In this document: piece by piece, positions 42,558-56,392 of the stretch
Layout: every line of letters begins with the position of its first letter
Numbering within the stretch: position 1 is the first letter of the stretch
NCBI GenBank assembly: GCA_002269645.1
Contig: NIVC01000024.1
Location: forward strand, 806,001-870,000
Direction: 5' to 3'
DNA length: 64,000 nucleotides
Source of the DNA: Macrostomum lignano
Taxonomy: Eukaryota
Made by a program: the position numbers and the translations under genes
Notes under the pieces: model-generated
Database searches by the model: none
The model's input: the letters and a program-made list of their open reading frames with translations, nothing else
What the model was told of the DNA's origin: nothing

Positions 42558-44115
42558 ACTACTACACTGTACAGTGTATATATGTACGCATGACACAACA
42601 CAAAAAAGGCCTGATCTGCGACTAGGCGGAACTGACTTTCATAGAGCTTTAATGTTAATTACCTTAGAGCTCTAACCAGTTTTGACTATTATCTGTTCGC
42701 AAATCCAAACTCTAACCTAGGAGACAAGTCATCCTTGCAAGGCAAGCCACGAAGTATAATTGCTGCAGTTTTGAAATGGTAATGGAGTCAATAAATATAG
42801 TATGTGTTGAATTAATGACGACATATTTTTTTATGAAATAAATTTGCTATTGAATAGGCTGTGTTAGGATAAAAAGCATTTTATTTAATTTTAATTACCA
42901 GTACCCCACTTGTCGGCAGTTCTTTTAAAACACAAATAAAATTAGTTTAACTTTGATAACGCGATAAAATTTGTTACTGTTAAAAGTTTAAGTTAAGCTA
43001 AAGTTTAATTTTTTACCGTGGAAAGAAAATAACTTCAGCTCAGTGTTATGTGACATCGCTATGTCTAAGCCAGCTATAAGCTCAACACAGCCAATAAATT
43101 TAATGCACTCGTCACACATTTTAAAGCATCTACCTTGAGAGCTCTTCCGTTTTGTATTTACAAATACTATAGTATAGGTGGACTACATAAAACGCATGTC
43201 TTGATGTCTTTATCCGTCCTGACCGTCCGCGTCCATATCCATTATTTACTATTGGACATTAGCATTACCATAATCCATCAGTATTTTTTCTTTTTTTGAC
43301 TGTAAGATCATAATTATTAAACTAATTTTGGTATGACTGGTAGCATAGTTTTTTTAGATTTTAGCTTAATTGAATATTGATGCTTTTTTTATTTTTTAAA
43401 TAATATTTTAGCAAAAATGAAAGAAAATCTATATTTAATATTTCTTTCACAATCAATAAAATTAAACCTAATTCTAACGATGCAGTGAAAGTACTCGTAA
43501 TTCTGCAGTTTAGTTAATATTCTAAAAAAAGAAAGACTTTAAACAGTTTTGTTGCTTTATTAGTAAGTAGACTAGTTAGAAATATTAGATTTGTCAATTT
43601 ATATTACTTGTATGATAAAATTTATATTATTATACTGTGCTGCTAAGTATACACATGAATTAAAAGCAAAATCATAGTTTTTTATGCCAATTTATGCAAA
43701 ACTTTCCAATTTTGTTATGCTTGAGAGTTGTGGCATGGTACCAATAGGAAACCATGCCAATTATTATTAAATTATTTTTACTTAAAAAATCTTTTCCACA
43801 TAAAGCCTTTGCCTTTGTCAAAATTGTTATCAATAGAAAAAAATTACAAGTTTGGATGTAAAACTATAATAAATGCCTTCTTGGTCGATAGAAAACTAAA
43901 AAAATAAAATTTCAAGTCAATCAAAGCATCAACTTTTTTTCTGCTACAGTACCAATTTAGTGCACAGAAAAAACTTGTTTTGCCTACTGATACTGATAGT
44001 ACTAAAGGTAACTATTCTCACCAAAAGTAGTAACATTAGACATTGCTAAAGTAAATACAATATAATATGGCCTAAAAATTGTCAATAAAATGTTTATTTC
44101 AGCTGCAGGCCAGCC

Positions 44116-47100
44116 ATGGCAATCAGCTCTGTTGCTGGCAGCCTGCAGCAGGCCATAGCAACCACAGCGGTTGACCTAGCTGGATCGAAGCGCTCTCTGG
44201 CGCAAACTCTGCGCTCTGGGAAGGAGCAGGTTTGTTTCTTCTAGACTTTACAGTGGCTGGCCTAAAGCACTAGCAATTTTGTATATAATTTCCACTCTTC
44301 CCTCCCTGATCGAGTGGGTCGCAGTCTCTTTTTTTCCTCTCTCCCCACTTTTTTTTCTCTCGTCTCCCCCTTTCTCTCTTCTCTCCTCTCTAATCTCCCT
44401 CTTTTCTCTTCTCTCTTTTCTTCTCTTCTTTCTTCTCTCTTCTCTTCTCTATTCTCTCCCCTTTTCTCTCTCCCCTCTTCTCTCCCCTCTCCTTTCTGCC
44501 CATTCTCCTTTCTCTCCTCTCTTCTCTTTTCTCTTTTCTTCTCTTCTTTCTTTTCTTCTCTTCTCTCTTTTCTTCTCTTCTCTCTTCTCTTCTCTTCTCT
44601 CTTCTCTCCCCTTTTCTCTATCCCCTCTTCTCTCCCCTCTCCTTTCTGCCCATTCTTTCTCTCCTCTCTTCTCTTTTCTCTTTTCTTCTCTTCTCTCTTC
44701 TCTTCTCTTCTCTCTTCTCTCCCCTTTTCTCTCTCCCCTCTTCTCTCCCCTCTCCTTTCTGCCCATTCTCCTTTCTCTCCTCTCTTCTCTTCTCTCTTCT
44801 CTTCTCTTCTCTTCTCTCTTTTCTTCTCTTCTCTCTTCTCTTCTCTTCTCTCTTCTCTCCCCTCTTCTCTCCCCTCTCCTTTCTGCCCATTCTTTCTCTC
44901 CTCTCTTCTCTTCTCTTCTCTCTTCTCTTCTCTTCTCTCTTTTCTTCTCTTCTCTCTTCTCTTCTCTTCTCTCTTCTCTCCCCTCTTCTCTCCCATCTCC
45001 TTTCTGCCCATTCTTTCTCTCCTCTCTTCTCTTCTCTCTTCTCTCCCCTCTTCTCTCCCATCTCCTTTCTGCCCATTCTTTCTCTCCTCTCTTCTCTTCT
45101 CTCTTTCTCTCCCATCTTCTCTCTCCCCCATATTCTCTTTCCTCTCCTCTCTCCTCTAATTCTCTTTTCTCTTTCTTCTCACCTCTCTTCTCCCTTCTCT
45201 CCTCTTCCCTCTTCTCTCTCCTCTCCACTCTCCCTTCTCATCTCTTGTCTCCTTTCATCTCTCATCTTATCTATCCTCTCAACTCTTTCTTTTCTTTTTT
45301 CTTACTTTCTTTCTCATCTTCTCTCTCGCCTCTCGCCTCTCGCCTCTCCTCTTTCCTCCTCTCACTCCTCCATTCTCTCTCTTTTTCTCTCATCTGGCCC
45401 GCAGCAACGAGCTGGATTATTTATCTGGCCCATGAGGTCAAGAAGCTTGCCTACCCCAGGCTTAAAACCAGCCTCCAAATACTTTTTTCTAAGAAACCTC
45501 GTCCTTCCACTTAGCCGTAGATTTGCTCCTATCTTTCTCATACTGAAAGACCCGGCTTTCCTGACCGAATTAGCCGAGCTGGCGCGCCGTGACTTCTCCA
45601 GGCGCGACTGTCGCTCAGGCCTGATTCGCCTCATCCAGTTGAGAACACTCGACTGTTCTGGCGTAAGCGCTGGTCTCAGCTGGTCCGGAGTTCGAATCCT
45701 GGAGTCGATGAGTTCGAATAGATTCGCATTGAAGCGCCTGGCTTATCTGGCGGCCTCTTTGATCTTTGATAACGACAGCGCCGCCGAATTGCTTATCCTA
45801 GCAACTAATCTGCTGCGCAAGGACCTCTGCTCTACCTGTCCCGTGGAGACCAGCTCGACCCTGTGCTCACTGGCCTCGTTTATGACTGCCGACTTGGCTA
45901 AGTGAGTCCTAGGACTTTTTTGGAGGACTCATCGCTGGGTTTTCGGGGCTTTGTGAATTGTTGAATATGTCAGATCTTAGTTTTACTCATTAAATACGTA
46001 TCCGAACCACAGAAACTAGAATAACTAGATGGGCCACTCAGCAGATTTGCGTGTAAGCTACTTTCAGTTCAGTAGTAAGTTGAACTGAAGCATTTTAATG
46101 TATTTTTAAAGCCAAGGCTACTTTATTGGCTCTGGTCCCCAGCTTAAACCCTCCAACCGCGCCTTACCACACTAAACCCCCCGCCCCACCCTAATTTTTA
46201 TTGCCTTTCTCGGAATTCCAGCCTAAAGCTGTCATGTACATTTCAGTGGACTGGCCAATGTAGATTATGGCTGAACCAATTAGCAAGTTGTTTACGCCTT
46301 TAAGCTTGGGCTTCTGAAATTATTAAAGTAATCTCAGCTGCCTTGATTTTTATAAAATAGCTTATTTATTCTTCTTTGCTACTGAACTGAAAGTAGAAAG
46401 CTGTTTTGCTAAGTATTGACTTATCAGATTTGTGTCAGATGTTTTTCAGCAGTCTTGAGCTGTATGGACCTCTAAAAACATTCGCAGAGACCTCTGCAAC
46501 GATCTGCTCTCTCTTGCTGCCAGTTCGCCCCACGCCTGCGTCAGAGCTCGCTGCACTCTGCTGCTGCCCCGCCTGCTGGCCCGCTTCCCTGAAGCGGCCG
46601 GCCTAGCGTTTGCCAGCCTTCGCGACCGTCTCGGCGATGCTCACGCCGCAGTTCGCGGCGCCGCCGTCTGCGCCACTTGCGAATTGGCCGGCAGCGCCGG
46701 CGCCAATCCCGGCGCCTGTTTGCCGTTGGCGCCGGCGCTGTTCCGCCTGCTCTGCTCCGGCGAGTGCTGCTTCGGCTTGGCAACGGCCTGGCACGCTGCC
46801 AAACTGTTGAGGCTGTTCGCTTTGCTGACTCAGCTGGAGCCGCGGCTTGGCAGGAAGCTGATCGACCCGATTGTGGCACAGCTGCAGGTTTGTGACTGCG
46901 CCATTTGGGAATACTTCTTAGGGATTCACTCTTCACCGCTTCCCGGAGACTTGAGAAACTAACCAGAGAGCTTGGACATTCTTTATGGAACTTGAGCACC
47001 ACAAATCCAGATCCCTGAGACACTTATGGGAGAGCTGAGACACTTATTGAAGAGTTGAGACACTTATCGGAGAGAGAGTTGGGACACTTATCGTAGAGCT

Positions 47101-50100
47101 GAGACACTTATCAGAAAGACAGCTGAGACACTTATCGGAGAGCTGAGACACTTATCGGAGAGACAGCTGAGACACTTATCGGAGAGACAGCTGAGACACT
47201 TATCGGAGAGCTGAAACACTTATCGGAGAGCTGAGACACTTATCGGAGAGCTGAGACACTTATCGGAGAGCTGAGACACTTATCGGAGAGACAGCTGAGA
47301 CACTTATCGGAGAGCTGAGACACTTATCGGAGAGACAGCTGAGACACTTATCGGAGAGCTGAGACACTTATCGGAGAGACAGCTGAGACAATTATCGGAG
47401 AGACAGCTGAGACACTTATCGGAGAGCTGAGACACTTATCGGAGAGACAGCTGAAACACTTATCGGAGAGCTGAGACACTTATCGGAGAGCTGAGACACT
47501 TATCGGAGAGCTGAGACACTTATCGGAGAGACAGCTGAGACACTTATCGGAGAGCTGAGACACTTATCGGAGAGCTGAGACACTTATCGGAGAGACAGCT
47601 GAGACACTTACTAAGCTCTTTTCTTCTCAACTCCGCCTGTCAGGACTCCAGTTCGATACCCCTGCTGTACGAGTGCGTCAACACCTTGGTAACAGCCCTG
47701 CAGACTGCTCAGGATCGCGTGCCAGCCTCGTCACGTTCAACAGCTATTCACATGTGCTCATCTCGACTGCACTCCCTGCTTGAGCATTACGATCGAAATA
47801 TTCGCTGTTTGGGCCTCATGTCTATGGCCAGACTCACCGCCCTGGACCCTAAATCAGTGAGCCTTTAAGATAATCTCAATTTTAACTGAAACTTGATTCG
47901 AATGCCCAGATCCCCACCCAGATCCCCATTGAGGTCCCCACCCAGATCCCCACTGAGGTCCCCACCCAGATCCCCGAGGTCCCCACCCAGATCCCCGAGG
48001 TCCCCACCCAGATCCCCACCCAGATCCCCACCCAGATCCCCACCCAGATCCCCACCCAGATCCCCACCCAGATCCCCACCCAGATCCCCACCCAGATCCC
48101 CACTCAGATCCCCACTCAGATCCCCACTCAGATCCCCACCCAGATCCCCACTGAGGTCCCCACCCAGATCCCCGAGGTCCCCACTCAGATCCCCACCCAG
48201 ATCCCCACCCAGATCCCCATTGAGGTCCCCACCCAGATCCCCACTGAGGTCCCCACCCAGATCCCCGAGGTTCCCACTCAGATCCCCACCCAGATCCCCA
48301 CCCAGATCCCCACCCAGATCCCCACCCAGATCCCCACCCAGATCCCCACCCAGATCCCCACCCAGATCCCCACCCAGATCCCCACCCAGATCCCCACCCA
48401 GATCCCCACCCAGATCCCCACCCAGATCCCCACCCAGATCCCCACCCAGATCCCCACCCAGATCCCCACCCAGATCCCCACCCAGATCCCCACCCAGATC
48501 CCCACCCAGATCCCCACCCAGATCCCCACCCAGATCCCCACCCAGATCCCCACTGAGGTCCCCACCCAGATCCCCACTCAGATCCCCACCCAGATCCCCA
48601 CCCAGATCCCCACTCAGATCCCCACTCAGATCCCCACCCAGATCCCCACCCAGATCCCCACCCAGATCCCCACCCAGATCCCCACCCAGATCCCAGCCAC
48701 TGCAGCGAGTTCCGAACTCGGCACCACGCAGGCGCAGTCCCAGCGCGAGTTGGTGGCCTCGGCCTGCCTGACTGACTCCGACGCCTCGGTGTCGTGCCGC
48801 GCCGCCGACCTGCTGTGCCGCCTGGCCTGCCGCGACAGCCTGGCCGACACGGTGCGCCTCCTTCGCGGCCACCTCGCCGACAGCCTCGGCTTGCACCGTC
48901 GAGCCCGCCTGCTGGAGCAGCTGCTCACTTGCTGCTCAGCCGCCAATTACAGCCTAGTCAGCCCGAATTTCGACTGGTACATTGTGGAGCTGTTCAACTT
49001 GTCCGTTGTGGTTGCTAATGACGCTCTGGTTAGCAACGAGTGTCCGCTAGGACGCCAGCTAGTGGAAGTCAGCCGTTGCCTAGCAACAGTAGTGTCGCGT
49101 CGGAGAGCTCGGCAGCTCTGCTTGAACGTCCTGATCGGCGCTGCCGACTGCCGCCCGTCGCCCGTCCGCCTGCTGCCGGCGGCCGCCTGGCTGTACGCCG
49201 AATTTGCCGACGATGTCGAGGACGACGATCTGGCAGACTCGGTCGCCGCTGAGGCGATGCTCCGCCTGCCGAGGTGTCCGATTGTTGTCGGCCGGCTGGC
49301 GGACTGGCAGCAGGCGGCTCTGCTGCACAGCGGCGTCAAGCTGACGGTGAAACGGGCGCTGCGGCGAGGACGGAACAGCAGCGGCAGGTGCGACCTGGCA
49401 TGTGGCGGAGTGGCTGCTGATGCTCTATAGAAAGGGGGAAGAGAAGGAGAGAATAGAGGAGAAGGCAGAAGCGAAGGGAGAAAAGGGAAAAGAGAAAAGA
49501 AGAGAAGGGAAAAGAAAGGGGAGAAGAGAGGGGAGAAGAGAAGGGAGAAGAGAAGGGAGAAGAGAAGGGAAAAGATGCAGAGAGAGGGAGGAAGAGCGCT
49601 GGAGGTGACTATCTCACTATTACTAATGGTGAAGTAGAATCTACTCAATTCATTGACTCAAAAGGCCTGCACCGGCCGATCTGCTATCCGAGTGCGTGGA
49701 ACGACTCGAGTCGCTGGTCCGGTCCCCGCTGCTGGAGGTTCAGGAGCGCGCGGTTAGCTGCCACAGTCTGCTGCGGGCGGCGGCGGCGGCTGCGCCAGCC
49801 TGCGGAGTGGACTGGCTGGCCGCTCTGTTCGAGCGGGACCGCCAACTGGAGCCGGTGGGGCCGGCAGCCCAGCGGCAGGTGCACCCGCCAGACGGTCTGG
49901 ACCTCGAAGCTTGGATCAACGCTCCGTTGGCTGCGACGGACTCTCAGAGGAAGAAGAAAAAGAAGACGAAACAAAAGCGGCAGGCAGCGGCGAATCCGGT
50001 GCCCGCGCCGGAGCTACGGGACTCGGCCGATGTGAGTCCTCCGTCTCTTTCCTCTCATGTCTTCTCTCTCATCTCATCTCTTCTCTCCCCCCTCATCTCT

Positions 50101-51328
50101 TCTCTCTCCTCTCATCTCTTCTCTCCCCCCTCATCTCTTCTCTCCCCTCTCATCTCTTCTCTACCCCTCATCTCTTCTCTCCCTCTCATCTCTTCTCTCC
50201 CTCTCATCTCTTATCTCCCTCTCATCTCTTCTCTCCCTCTCCTCTTCTCTCCCTCTCCTCTTCTCTCCCTCTCCTCTTCTCTCCCTTCTCATCTCTTCTC
50301 TCCCTCTCATCTCTTCTCTCCCTCTCATCTCTTCTCTCCCTCTCCTCTTCTCTCCCTCTCCTCTTCTCTCCCTCTCCTCTTCTCTCCCTTCTCATCTCTT
50401 CTCTCCCTCTTATCTCTTCTCTCCCTCTCATCTCTTCTCTCCCCTCTCATCTCTTCTGTCCCTCTCATCTCTTCTCTCCCTTTTCATCTCTTGTCTCTCC
50501 CAGCTTAGCTGCATAGTTCGAATTCCCAACATAATTCAGCGTTCTTGTTAGTTGAGTATCATGGCTGCCTTGCATGCAGTTTCTCGAGTAAACCGTATGC
50601 TTTTTCACTCGCTGCTTTTACCGGCAATTATTAATTTATGCGGACATTAAATACTATCCTCGGAAACTGGACTCTGTGATAGATATTTATATTCTATCAG
50701 CCCAAAGGAAGTTCAGTTCGAAAGCAGAAATGTCTCAAACTCAGCCCGCCTCTCTGCGGCTCGAGTGTATTCTGCCGAAGACCATAAAGCATGCAATATC
50801 GCGTGACAAACGCTGGAATTTCCTGAGCACTAATTGTTTAGTTTGAAGCACTGCTCTCCTGATCCTGGATTGGCTGCGTCTGTCTGATATCACAGAGGCA
50901 AAATATCTTTACTGTATTCTCCTGGTGGCTCCGGCAGCAGAGACATGGAAAGAAAGGAGCAGCTGGGGTGACTCACACAGATTGGGTGACAGCTGGGGTG
51001 ACTCACACAGATTGGGTGACAGCTGGGGTGACTCACACAGATTGGGTGACAGCTGGGGTGACTCACACAGATTGGGTGACAGCTGGGGTGACTCACACAG
51101 ATTGGGTGACAGCTGGGGTGACTCACACAGATTGGGTGACAGCTGGGGTGACTCACACAGATTGGGTGACAGCTGGGGTGACTCGCACAGATTGGGTGAC
51201 AGCTGGGGTGACTCACACAGATTGGGTGACAGCTGGGGTGACTCACATGATTTCGATTCGCTGAAATCAATTCACTCAGTAAATCAAGTTAAGAATTAAT
51301 GTTGAATGTGCACTGCACATTGCTCTTT

Positions 51329-51366
<38 letters not shown>

Positions 51367-54300
51367 TGTGTCAGTCGGGCAAGGAGCAGAACCCGCACTA
51401 CCTGAAGAGTCCAGCTGACCAATCCAACAAATCGGATGCGGTAGACTCTGCAAACTCGCCACTGTCGGTGGACCAGCAACTGCTCAGGGGCTTAGCCAGA
51501 TCTGATTACTATTTGATGCAGCACCGGAGGCTGGCCGAGCAGTCGGTCGGTAGGAGAAGCAAATCCGGGTCGAAGAAGCTGCGCCAACCGCCACCACCTG
51601 TAGAGGCTGGGGTCCGCGACTGCGAGAACCTCGGAGAGGAGTCGGACGAGCTGTTCTCTGCCGCTGTGGTCAGTGCCGACATTGTGTGCCCGCATTTCTT
51701 CGTACTCCAGCCTTGGGTCACAGTTTTGGTGATGCATTGGTCACAGTTCTGGTGATGCATTGGTCACAGTTCTGGTGATGCATTGGTCACAGTTCATATC
51801 ACTCTAATTGGTCACAGTTCTGGTGATTGGTCACAGTTCTGGTGATTAGTCACAGTTCTGTTCATGCATTGGTCACAGTTCTGGTGATGCATTGGTCACA
51901 GTTCTGGTGATGCATTGGTCAAAGTTCTGGTGATGCATTGGTCACAGTTCTGGTGATGCATTGGTCACAGTTCTGGTGATGCATTGGTCAAAGTTCTGGT
52001 GATGCATTGGTCACAGTTCTGGTGATGGTGATACATTGGTTACAGTTCTGGTGATGCATTGGTCACAGTTCTGGTGATGCATTGGTCACAGTTCTGGTGA
52101 TGCATTGGTCACAGTTCTGGTGATGCATTGGTCACAGTTCTGGTGATGCATTGGTCACAGTTCTGGTGATGCATTGGTCACAGTTCTGGTGATGCATTGG
52201 TTACAGTTCTGGTGATGCATTGGTCACAGTTCTGGTGATGCATTGGTCACAGTTCTGTTCATGCATTGGTCACAGTTCATATCACTCTAATTGGTCACAG
52301 TTCTGGTGATTGGTCACAGTTCTGGTGATTGGTCACAGTTCTGTTCATGCATTGGTCACAGTTCATGTCACAACACATTGGTCACAGTTCATATCACTCT
52401 AATTGGTCACAGTTTATGTCACACACATTGGTCACAGTTCATATCACTCTAATTGGTCACAGTTTATGTCACACACATTGGTCACAGTTCATATCACTCT
52501 AATTGGTCACAGTTTATGTCACACACATTGGTCACAGTTCATGTCACACTATAATTGGTCACAGGTGTCCACCGCGCTTGATTCACCGGAAGTAGCTGGC
52601 GTTTCTAAGAAAGACAACGCCAATTCGCTTTTAAAAGAAAAGCAAAAGAAGAAGCGGAAGAAGGCAAAGCGCGAGTCAGTGAGCTCCTCGGTCGGAGACT
52701 ACGAAAGCTTGCCAAACTCAAAGCTCAATAATTCGAAGGCGAAGTCGGTTAATCTGACCGAATACCTCACCGTGAGCAGCCTCTCTCCCGGCTGCGTGGA
52801 GCAGTCCGACCTGACAGCTAAACTGGAACTGGCTTGGCCAACTGATGCTGAGCAGAGGCTGCTGCATCTGAGACTGCGGGCTCCGGCTCGGCTATCAGTG
52901 GTGTCGGCGCACCTGCTCACTCTCGCTGCTCAAGAGCCGGCAGACACGCCTGTACACTTTCCTGGGTGCCCGCTGGCTCCTGGACAGTGCACCGCTTCCG
53001 TCTGCGTGCCAGTGAGTCTGTGGGGCATCGAGATTGTTTTCCAGATTTATAATTCAGTTGTGCCAGTCTGTAGAGTCAGTTGTGCCAGTCTGTAGAGTCT
53101 GTTGTGCCAGTCTGTAGAGTCTGTTGTGCCAGTCTGTAGAGTCTGTTGTGCCAGTCTGTAGAGTCTGTTGTGCCAGTCTGTAGAGTCTGTTGTGCCAGTC
53201 TGTAGAGTCTGTTGTGCCAGTCTGTAGAGTCTGTTGTGCCAGTCTGTAGAGTCTGTTGTGCCAGTCTGTAGAGTCTGTTGTGCCAGTCTGTAGAGTCTGT
53301 TGTGCCAGTCTGTAGAGTCTGTTGTGCCAGTCTGTAGAGTCTGTTGTGCCAGTCTGTAGAGTCTGTTGTGCCAGTCTGTAGAGTCTGTTGTGCCAGTCTG
53401 TAGAGTCAGTTGTGCCAGTCTGTAGAGTCAGTTGTGCCAGTCTGTAGAGTCAGTTGTCCCAGTCTGTAGAATCAATTGTCCCAGTCTGTAGAGTCAGTTG
53501 TCCAGAGAGTCCTACCAGTCCGCAGTCTGAGAGTCCCTCAGTCCGCAGTCTGAGAGTCCCCCAGTCCGCAGCCTGAGAGTCCCCAGTCCGCAACCTGAGA
53601 GTCCCCAGTCCGCAGCCTGAGTGTCCCCCAGTCCGCAATCTGAGAGTCCCCCAGTCCGCAGCCTGAGAGTCCCCCAGTCCGCAGCCTGAGAGTCCCCAGT
53701 CCGCAGCCTGAGAGTCCCCAGTCCGCAGCCTGAGAGTCCCCAGTCCGCAGCCTGAGAGTCCCCCAGTCCGCAGCCTGAGAGTCCCCCAGTCCGCAGCCTG
53801 AGAGTCCCCAGTCCGCAACCTGAGAGTCCCCAGTCCGCAGCCTGAGTGTCCCCCAGTCCGCAATCTGAGAGTCCCCCAGTCCGCAGCCTGAGAGTCCCCA
53901 GTCCGCAGCCTGAGAGTCCCCAGTCCGCAGCCTGAGAGTCCCCAGTCCGCAGCCTGAGAGTCCCCAGTCCGCAGCCTGAGAGTCCCCAGTCCGCAGCCTG
54001 AGAGTCCCCCAGTCCGCAGCCTGAGAGTCCCCCAGTCCGCAGCCTGAGAGTCCCCAGTCCGCAACCTGAGAGTCCCCAGTCCGCAGCCTGAGTGTCCCCC
54101 AGTCCGCAATCTGAGAGTCCCCCAGTCCGCAGCCTGAGAGTCCCCCAATCCGCAGCCTGAGAGTCCCCAGTCCGCAGCCTGAGAGTCCCCAGTCCGCAGC
54201 CTGAGAGTCCCCCAGTCCGCAGCCTGAGAGTCCCCAGTCCGCAGCCTGAGAGTCCCCCAGTCCGCAGCCTGAGAGTCCCCCAGTCCGCAGCCTGAGAGTC

Positions 54301-54953
54301 CCCAGTCCGCAGCCTGAGAGTCCCCAGTCCGCAGCCTGAGAGTCCCCCAGTCCGCAGCCTGAGAGTCCCCAGTCCGCAGCCTGAGAGTCCCCAGTCCGCT
54401 GCCTGAGAGTCCCCAGTCCGCAGCCTGAGAGTCCCCCAGTCCGCAGCCTGAGAGTCCCCCAGTCCGCAGCCTGAGAGTCCGCACCCTGCCGCACCCTCAG
54501 TGGAGCAGCAAGCGCCGCGCCAGGCTGAAGCTGCACTGCCTGTTTGGCGACGCGGTGAATTTTTGCGTCGCCGACGTTCGTCTGCCGTCGCTCCGCTTGT
54601 CCGCGCAGCTCCGCCCGGATTCGTCGATGACGCCGGAGCTGCTTCAGCAGCGCGTGGCCGAAGGCCGCCTGCCCGGGCAGGCGCAAGTTCAGCTACGCCT
54701 CGTTGCTAAGGGCGCCACCGAGTTTGGCGCTATCGAAGCTCGGCTGGCGCCGATCGCGCGCCCTCTCATTTCGGCGCCGAATTCGACGCTCTGCGCCTCG
54801 GTCGATTCTCGAGGTTGGTCGGCCTCCCTGCTGGCGAAATTGTCGGCTGACTCGTCGGTCAGACTGGAGATCCGGGCCAGGGATCAGGCTGCGGCGGACG
54901 GGCTGGCCGAGGAGCTGCGCTGGGTTCTTGATCGATCGGTTTCTTCACTCTGA
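44116..54953 (+). CDS. AP3D1: AP-3 complex subunit delta, strongly diverged; exons approximately 44116-44229, about 45550-45901, 46488-46887, 47644-47856, 48732-49387, 49665-50031, 51333-about 51683, 52565-53011, 54501-54953
   Basis: KRLAYLAAS, LLRKDL, LEPRLGRKLIDP, LLYECVNT, NFDWYI, LEVQERA, PDGLDLEAWINAPL and NPHYLKS match remembered AP3D1 motifs in order. The exon 1/2 junction phase is not resolved. Confidence 0.85.
44320..45400. repeat. CT-rich low-complexity/tandem tract (AP3D1 intron 1)
   Basis: Direct. Confidence 0.9.
46008..46421. mobile_element. MITE-like family A copy 2 (right end truncated)
   Basis: CACAGAAACTAGAATAACTAGATGGGCCACTCAG start; body similar to 6170 and 55997. Confidence 0.75.
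47010..47610. repeat. 18/22-bp repeat (CTGAGACACTTATCGGAGAG[ACAG])
   Basis: Direct; intronic. Confidence 0.93.
47905..48695. repeat. 12-bp repeat (AGATCCCCACCC)
   Basis: Direct; intronic. Confidence 0.95.
50040..50500. repeat. CT-rich repeat (intronic)
   Basis: Direct. Confidence 0.85.
50958..51248 (-). repeat. 30-bp minisatellite (CAGCTGGGGTGACTCACACAGATTGGGTGA)
   Basis: Direct; reverse complement of the array at 56750. Confidence 0.93.
51710..52564. repeat. About 23-bp repeat (TTGGTCACAGTTCTGGTGATGCA)
   Basis: Direct; the last unit provides the splice acceptor. Confidence 0.92.
53055..54480. repeat. Two abutting arrays: 22-bp GTCTGTAGAGTCTGTTGTGCCA (to about 53500) and 21/22-bp CCCCAGTCCGCAGCCTGAGAGT
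   Basis: Direct; last AP3D1 intron. Confidence 0.94.
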
Positions 54954-54969
54954 TGCAGAGTGTGGTGCG

Positions 54970-55650
54970 TTTTCTAGCAACGGTTGCTATGGAAACAAGC
55001 CGATAAATAATCAGCCACGGTTGCTATGGTAACAAGCCGAAACAATATACTATAACAACGATTGTTATTACAATAATTCTAGAGAAACTACTATAGAAAC
55101 GGTTGCTATGGAAATAAATCGTGAGAAAATATCATAGCAACGGTTGCTATGGAAACAAGCCGAGAAATTATCATAGCAACGGTTGCTATGGAAATAAGCC
55201 GAGAAATTATCATAGCAACGGTTGCTATGGAAACAAGCTGAGAAATTATCATAGCAACGGTTGCTATGGAAACAAGCTGAGAAATTATCATAGCAACGGT
55301 TGCTATGGAAATAAGCCGAGAAATTATCATAGCAACGGTTGCTATGGAAACAAGCTGAGAAATTATCATAGCAACGGTTGCTATGGAAATAAGCCGAGAA
55401 ATTATCATGGCAACGCTTGCTATGGAAACAAGCCGAAACAATATACTATAGCAACGATTGCTATAACAATAATTCGAGAGAAACTACTATAGAAACGGTT
55501 GCTATGGAAATAGATCGAGAGAAACTATCATAGCAATGTTTTCTATGGAAACAAGTCGAGAGGAAATACCATTGCAACGGTTGCTAATTAAGAAAATAAA
55601 TCAAAGGCTATGATATGGTGTTCATGTGACAGCGGTTGCTATGGTAACAC
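54970..55650. repeat. 39-bp minisatellite carrying an X-box-like GTTGCTATGGAAAC in each unit
   Basis: Direct; unit TAGCAACGGTTGCTATGGAAACAAGCCGAGAAATTATCA. Confidence 0.9.
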
Positions 55651-55996
55651 GTCACAAATGCTTCACAAAGATTTAAAAAAAATCCTATCAAGATGGCTTA
55701 AGTAACAGCACAGCCATGACACAGTTTGATTAGCATGACATGTAATTTAGCCGTGCAGTGTTGTTCAGAATTGCGTGCCTTAACTTAATAGTATTTTTTA
55801 AATATTTGTTTTCAAATATTTGTTGTTTATTAAACGGTTGAAGGTATTTTTCGTCTTTAATAGAATCTATTTTGGTTCATTATTTTCAGTGCTTCATCGC
55901 GAGTATTTGTCAGGTTTCAAAGTGTGTACATTATGCACTTTTAGGCTAATGAAAATATATTTGCTGTTATTTCAATTAGGTATTTACCACGTTTAC

Positions 55997-56392
55997 CACA
56001 GATACTAAAATAAGATGGGCCACTCAGCACATTTGCGTGCAAGCTACTTTCAGTTCAGTAGTAAGTTAAACGGAAACATTTTAATTCATTTTTAATGCCA
56101 ATGCTCATTTATTGGCTCTTACCCCCCTCACTTAAACCCTCCAACCGCGCCTTTCCACACCACCCCACCCCCAGTGGACTGGCCAATGTACATTATGGCT
56201 GAACCAATTAGCCAGTTGTTTACGCCTGCAAGCTTGGGCTTCTGAACTTATCAAAGTAATTTCAGCTGCCTCTATTTTTATAAAATAGCTTCTGTATTCT
56301 TCTCTGCTACTGAACTGAAAGTAGAAAGCTGTTTTGCTAAGTATTGCAATATATGTGCCTGAGTGGCCCATCTGGTTATTCTAGTATCTGTG
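55997..56392. mobile_element. MITE-like family A copy 3 (most complete)
   Basis: Inverted termini CACAGATACTAAAATAAGATGGGCCACTCAG / CTGAGTGGCCCATCTGGTTATTCTAGTATCTGTG, plus the inner inverted pair CTACTTTCAGTTCAGTAG. Confidence 0.8.
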
